Assembly (NCBI GenBank): GCA_900088475.1
Contig: FLMG01003988.1
Location: 1-42,876, forward strand
Reading direction: 5' to 3'
DNA length: 42,876 bases
Origin: Hyphochytrium catenoides
Taxonomy: Eukaryota; Protista; Hyphochytriomycota
Under the pieces are notes generated by a model. The model saw only the letters and a list, made by a program, of their open reading frames with translations. It was not told the DNA's origin and made no database searches. Both the position numbers and the translations under genes were made by a program. This document shows, piece by piece, positions 38,585 through 42,876 of this stretch (position 1 is its first letter; every line of letters starts with the position of its first letter).

Positions 38585-39005
38585 CTCCTCTCTCTCTTTC
38601 GCTTTATCTCTCTCGCTCTCACTGCCTCTTTCTCTCTGTCGCTGTCACCTCTCTCTCTCACACCTCACTCTCTCTGTCTCGGTCTCTCTCACCGCACTCT
38701 CTTCCTCTAACTCTCTTCATCCCTCATTCATTCGTCTCTCTCATTCTCTCTTTCTCAACCCTCTCTCTCTCTCTCTCAACCCCTCTCTCTCTCTCTCTCC
38801 TCTCTCTGTCTCTCTTTTTCTCTCTCTCTCTCTGTCTCGCTTGTTCTCATTCTTTTTTGTTCCTCTTGATCTGGGTTTTGGCGTTTTTGGCTGAAGCTGA
38901 CCTCCTCCTCCTCCTCCCTCCTCCTTGCTCTTTAATATCTTTTTTCACCATTTTCTTTCTTTTTCTCTCTCTCTGTCTCTCTCTGATTCTCTCCCGCTGT
39001 CTCTC
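38585..39005. repeat. Degenerate (CT)n / pyrimidine-rich tract
   Basis: About 400 nt of CTCTCT-rich sequence; ORFs here are Leu/Ser artefacts. Confidence 0.85.
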
Positions 39006-39484
39006 TTACACTGCCCCATCTCTCAACCAGCACAAGCAAGATCACGAAAATTAAGCGAGCGCAGTAGTAATAAAGGTTGGACTTATTGCTGTGATTATAA
39101 CTATTCGTATAGCCCCAGAGCTTAATAATAGGCCAGGATGCGGTGGTAAGAACGGGGATGATGGCGGCGGTGGAGGAAATTTTGTCCCTTGTGCAACGGA
39201 GTCCTCCAATCCTCTACAGTCATGATAATTCGTAATACTAGGCCCCTATTGTAAATCTTTCATGAATATACGTTATGTCATTCTGTATACAGCTGATGAC
39301 TCGTTCACGACCAGTGGCTTGACAAACTCAATCAGTATCACACCCACAATGCTTTATGTTAAACTAACTGTTAGCTATCATTAACAAACCCACATGTACG
39401 TCTCAAACCCAGTATTCTTGTGAGCAACCAATCAGAACGGTGGTGGTGGAGTCTGAGTCGAGGAAATGACCAGCTTCCCCCGCA

Positions 39485-39766
39485 GCTCTGTCTCTCTCAG
39501 CTGTGTCTCTCTCTCTCTCTCTCACACTCTGTCTCTTTCTCTCCCAGGGATTTCCCTCACTTTCCTCCCCTCTCTCGCTCTCTCTCTCTTTCCGTATCTC
39601 TCTCTTTCACTTCTGAAACCTCTGTCTCTCTCTCTGTCTCTTTGATTATACCCTTCTTCTCCCAAAAGCTCTGTCTCTCTCTAATTTGTCATCTCAGCGT
39701 TCCTCTATGAGATTCTCTANNNNNNNNNNNNNNNNNNNNNNNNNNNNNNNNNNNNNNNNNNNNTCT

Positions 39767-39800
<34 letters not shown>

Positions 39801-39805
39801 TTCCA
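39485..39805. repeat. (CT)n-rich tract with assembly gap (N 39720-39762) upstream of the ankyrin-FYVE gene
   Basis: Seen directly in the sequence. Confidence 0.85.
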
Positions 39806-40093
39806 TCTGAGTCTTTTCTCTTCAGACCGAAGTCTTCTCAATGTCCGCTCTCCTTTCCTTCCTCTCTACTTCGCCTCTGGAACAGGCTGTCTGACAATCA
39901 GCAGCTGCGATCTCTTTGAAGATTATAGTATCTGAGTCGGTCTCTGCCAGATCTGGCGAAGAAAGCCCAGCGACAATAGCCAGGCTGCTTCTCTAATTCT
40001 GACCGCTGCAAGCTTTTCCTCGGGCTCAGGGCCCGACAAAGGCTTTTGAAGCACTGCCGCTGTCAAGACCAGGCAGCTCTGTCAATAACCAGC

Positions 40094-42541
40094 ATGCCGG
40101 CACCGTCAGAGATTGGGAGAACGTCGGAGGCGACTAAGCTGGCTGCTAGCAGTGACACTAGCTCAGGCACAACTGACCCGCTGGCTCGGGAAGAGGCTCT
40201 CTATGAAGAAGAAGATGACACGTTGGAGTTACTGCAGGAGTTTACTATGGCTGCAGACGATGATAGCAGCTTCTCGCAGTCCAATTTGCCTGACAAGTTC
40301 GCAGACATGACGCTGAGCGGTCAAGATGGCAGTGAGACCACGTCTGGAACCTCCCGGACGACAAAGAGCCAAGAGTCTGAAGATTGGGATGTCTTCCCTT
40401 CTCCGGATGATAAAGGGGAGGGAGAAGGGCAAACGGATCTCCGCAGCTCTCAAAGGAGTTCTGTTGGTGACCCTACCCGCCCCAGTAATCGCAGCAGTTT
40501 GCGGAGTAGTCAGAGCTCGCACTCGTCCAGCCGTAAGACTCTAACCTCTAGAATGAGTCAGATTATCCAGCAGAAACGCCCCATCACCAGCCGCAGTGAG
40601 CTGCTCAGCATGCTGGGGCCTGGAGCGAACGTGAACTCCGCAAACAGACTAGGAAGGACGCTCCTGCACGTGGCGGCGCACCAGAATAACCTTGAAGGCG
40701 TGAAGATCCTGCTGGACTGCAGCGCAAAGGTGAGAGAGCAGCGTCCTCGCGTTGCTTGTTAAAAGATTCGGCCTGCTTTTTCACGGGGGTTCTCAAGAGG
40801 CGGGTGGCGCTTCTTCGCTGTTGTTACCTACTGCTTCATGACCGTCTGAGTGTCATTGTGCTTGCCTCGTCTAGTCCATCCCCTTGCTGTCTCTAGCAGC
40901 AACTCTGTCTCGCGTTTGTTGGCTGTTGGTTGGAGATGGAGGTAGAGGATCTGTTGCTTGCTACTGAAGCTCACATTTGTCAACGATTTGATGTAGGTAA
41001 ATCTTGCGGACCATCAAGGCCTCACTCCACTGCATCTGACCACCAACCACAAGGTGGCGAAGCTCCTCCTTGAGAAGCTTGCAAGTCCCAACGCCGCGGA
41101 TGAGGAGGGAATGACTCCGCTCCATGGCGCCGTGGAGACGGGTAATATCAAGCTTGTTCGCGTCCTTCTGGGTTACTATGCAGACGTTGAAGTAGGAGAG
41201 TTCAAGTTCAGTCGCACACCGCTGCACATGGCGGTTTGTACCGGACAAGTAGAGATTCTGCAGGTTCTCTGCGACCATGATGAGACCACGGGTTCGGCTG
41301 TCAACTGTCCAGACTCCATTGGCAATACAGCCCTGCACTATGCCGTGGCGCGTCCTGCTAATGGCAACCCTTGCGAGCTAACGCGGATCCTTTTAAAGTA
41401 TGGGGCGGACCCCAATGTGCAGAATAACAAGGGACAGGCACCGTTGCATGTTCACGTGATGTTATGCGCTCAGGACGATAAGCAGGGCGCTCAAGGCGTT
41501 ACGAAGTACATTGTGAGGGCTCTAGCTCGCTGTGGAGCAGATCTGAACATCATGGACGAAAATCTGAGCACCCCTCTGCACCTGGCGCTGAAGTATAAGA
41601 AGTGGAATGCGGCTGTAGCCTTAGCTGCGGCTGGCGCGGACCTGAACCTGAAGAATCCTGAAGGGCTGATTGCTTTTGAGCAAGTTCCTGGGAAGATTTA
41701 CCGTCAGATGCTGAGCTGCATCAAACGAGCGCCGTCGGAACTGGACAAGAAAGAGCGACAGTCGTGCATGAGCTGTAAGAAGAGCTTCGGGATCTTCAGG
41801 AGCTCCAAGCAATGCCACTATTGCAATCGCATCTGCTGCTCACAGTGCGTAGAGAAGAGCGTGAAACTCTCCTGCGTCTCCTCAGATGTCCGAAGAACGT
41901 CTCCTCGGATGAGGAAGATGGCAGATAACGCGTCTCTTCGAGTCTGCTACCTCTGCTATCGCATCCTGACTGCCTCTCAGGATGAGTCGGCCAAAGAGAG
42001 CACCTTCCTCTCGTCTCTCCTGGGCTGTGAGTTTGAAGAAGAGAAGATAAAGATAGAGAGAGTGACTACCAGGCACTCAGAGCTCTCCGACATACAGCCT
42101 GGCGCCAACCACCAACACAAAGGAATGACAGGGAGAGGCACATCTGCCTTCCCCAAGAAGATATCAACAGAGCTGTTTGGACGAGGACCGGAAGGGAACA
42201 ACCGTAAGACCGTCGCAGGGCCTGCAGCAGCTGCAGGAGCCGCTGCAAGGCGCGGCGTCCCTCCTGCGTCCTTCACTGCCTCTGCCCATCGCTCGCGGTC
42301 AGTAGGAGCGCCACCAGGGGGAGCACTGCATGCTTCTTTTACCCGGAGTAGGAAGGGAACGTTTCCCTCTCAGGCCACAAGGAGTGGAGGTCTCAGCTCA
42401 ATGCATGTGGGAGGGGGAGGGACCGGCGGTCATCCCTCTTTTGCCTCTATAGGAGGCCGTGCCCCGGTGCCAGGAGGGATGTGGCGGGTGACAGAGGAGC
42501 CACGAGATGTGGAGCTGTCCTTTCAATCCGTAGGAGATTGA
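40094..42541 (+). CDS. Ankyrin-repeat protein with FYVE-like zinc finger, ~726 aa; exons 40094-40729 and 40997-42541
   Basis: About 7 ankyrin repeats (GRTLLHVAA, GLTPLHL, GMTPLHGAV, SRTPLHMAV, GNTALHYAV, GQAPLHV, LSTPLHLAL) then CMSC...QCHYCNRICCSQC...RVCYLC. Intron AAG|GTGAGA...TGTAG|GTA joins CSAK|VNLADH in frame. The 3' end could involve further splicing. Confidence 0.88.
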
Positions 42542-42876
42542 GTAGGGGAGAGAGAGAGAGACTGCGAAAGAGAGTGAGAGATGAGCGAGGAGAGCGATAG
42601 ATAGGGAGTAGAGGAGGAGAAGCCTGCACTATTATGGAAACCCTTTCTGAGGATAAACAAAGTTATTTATTGACGAGTCAAGAGTACTGTCCCCGCCCTC
42701 TCGCGCGCTCTGCTCTCTCTCTCTCTCTTTGTTTCTCTCTCTTCTCTGCATGTCTCTCTTGCTTCTCTTTCTCTCTGTCTGCCGCTCTTCCAGCGATCTG
42801 CTTGGTCTCTTGTCCTAACCTTAGGAAGAAATGGGAGAGTGTGAGGAAGAAGGAGTGGGGATGAGGGAGGAGCATC

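Overview
Eukaryotic nuclear DNA with short GT-AG introns. Sequence style suggests a protist, possibly a stramenopile/SAR lineage, but that is inference only. The left ~25 kb is a compact, intron-rich housekeeping block: a partial unknown gene at the left edge, BiP/HSP70-HDEL, a 23-exon topoisomerase III alpha, RNPC3 (U11/U12-65K, a minor-spliceosome protein), Tim10, a WD40-like protein, an organellar leucyl-tRNA synthetase and a MAK/ICK-type kinase. The right ~17 kb is gene-sparse and rich in (GA/TC)n tracts. It holds an intronless, secreted, bacterial-type (GH13_27-like) alpha-amylase, a large membrane protein with an internally duplicated multi-TM module, degenerate coding-like fragments and an ankyrin-FYVE protein. 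The best finding is in intron 2 of RNPC3. A perfect U12-type donor (GTATCCTTT, 11751) lies 11 nt downstream of the productive U2-type donor (11740), with a U12-type branch point (CCTTGAC) 12 nt from the acceptor AG. Splicing by the minor spliceosome would frameshift the mRNA into a premature stop, making this a candidate negative-feedback switch on the minor spliceosome's own 65K subunit. Exon models were built by hand from reading frame and splice signals, without transcript or database support.
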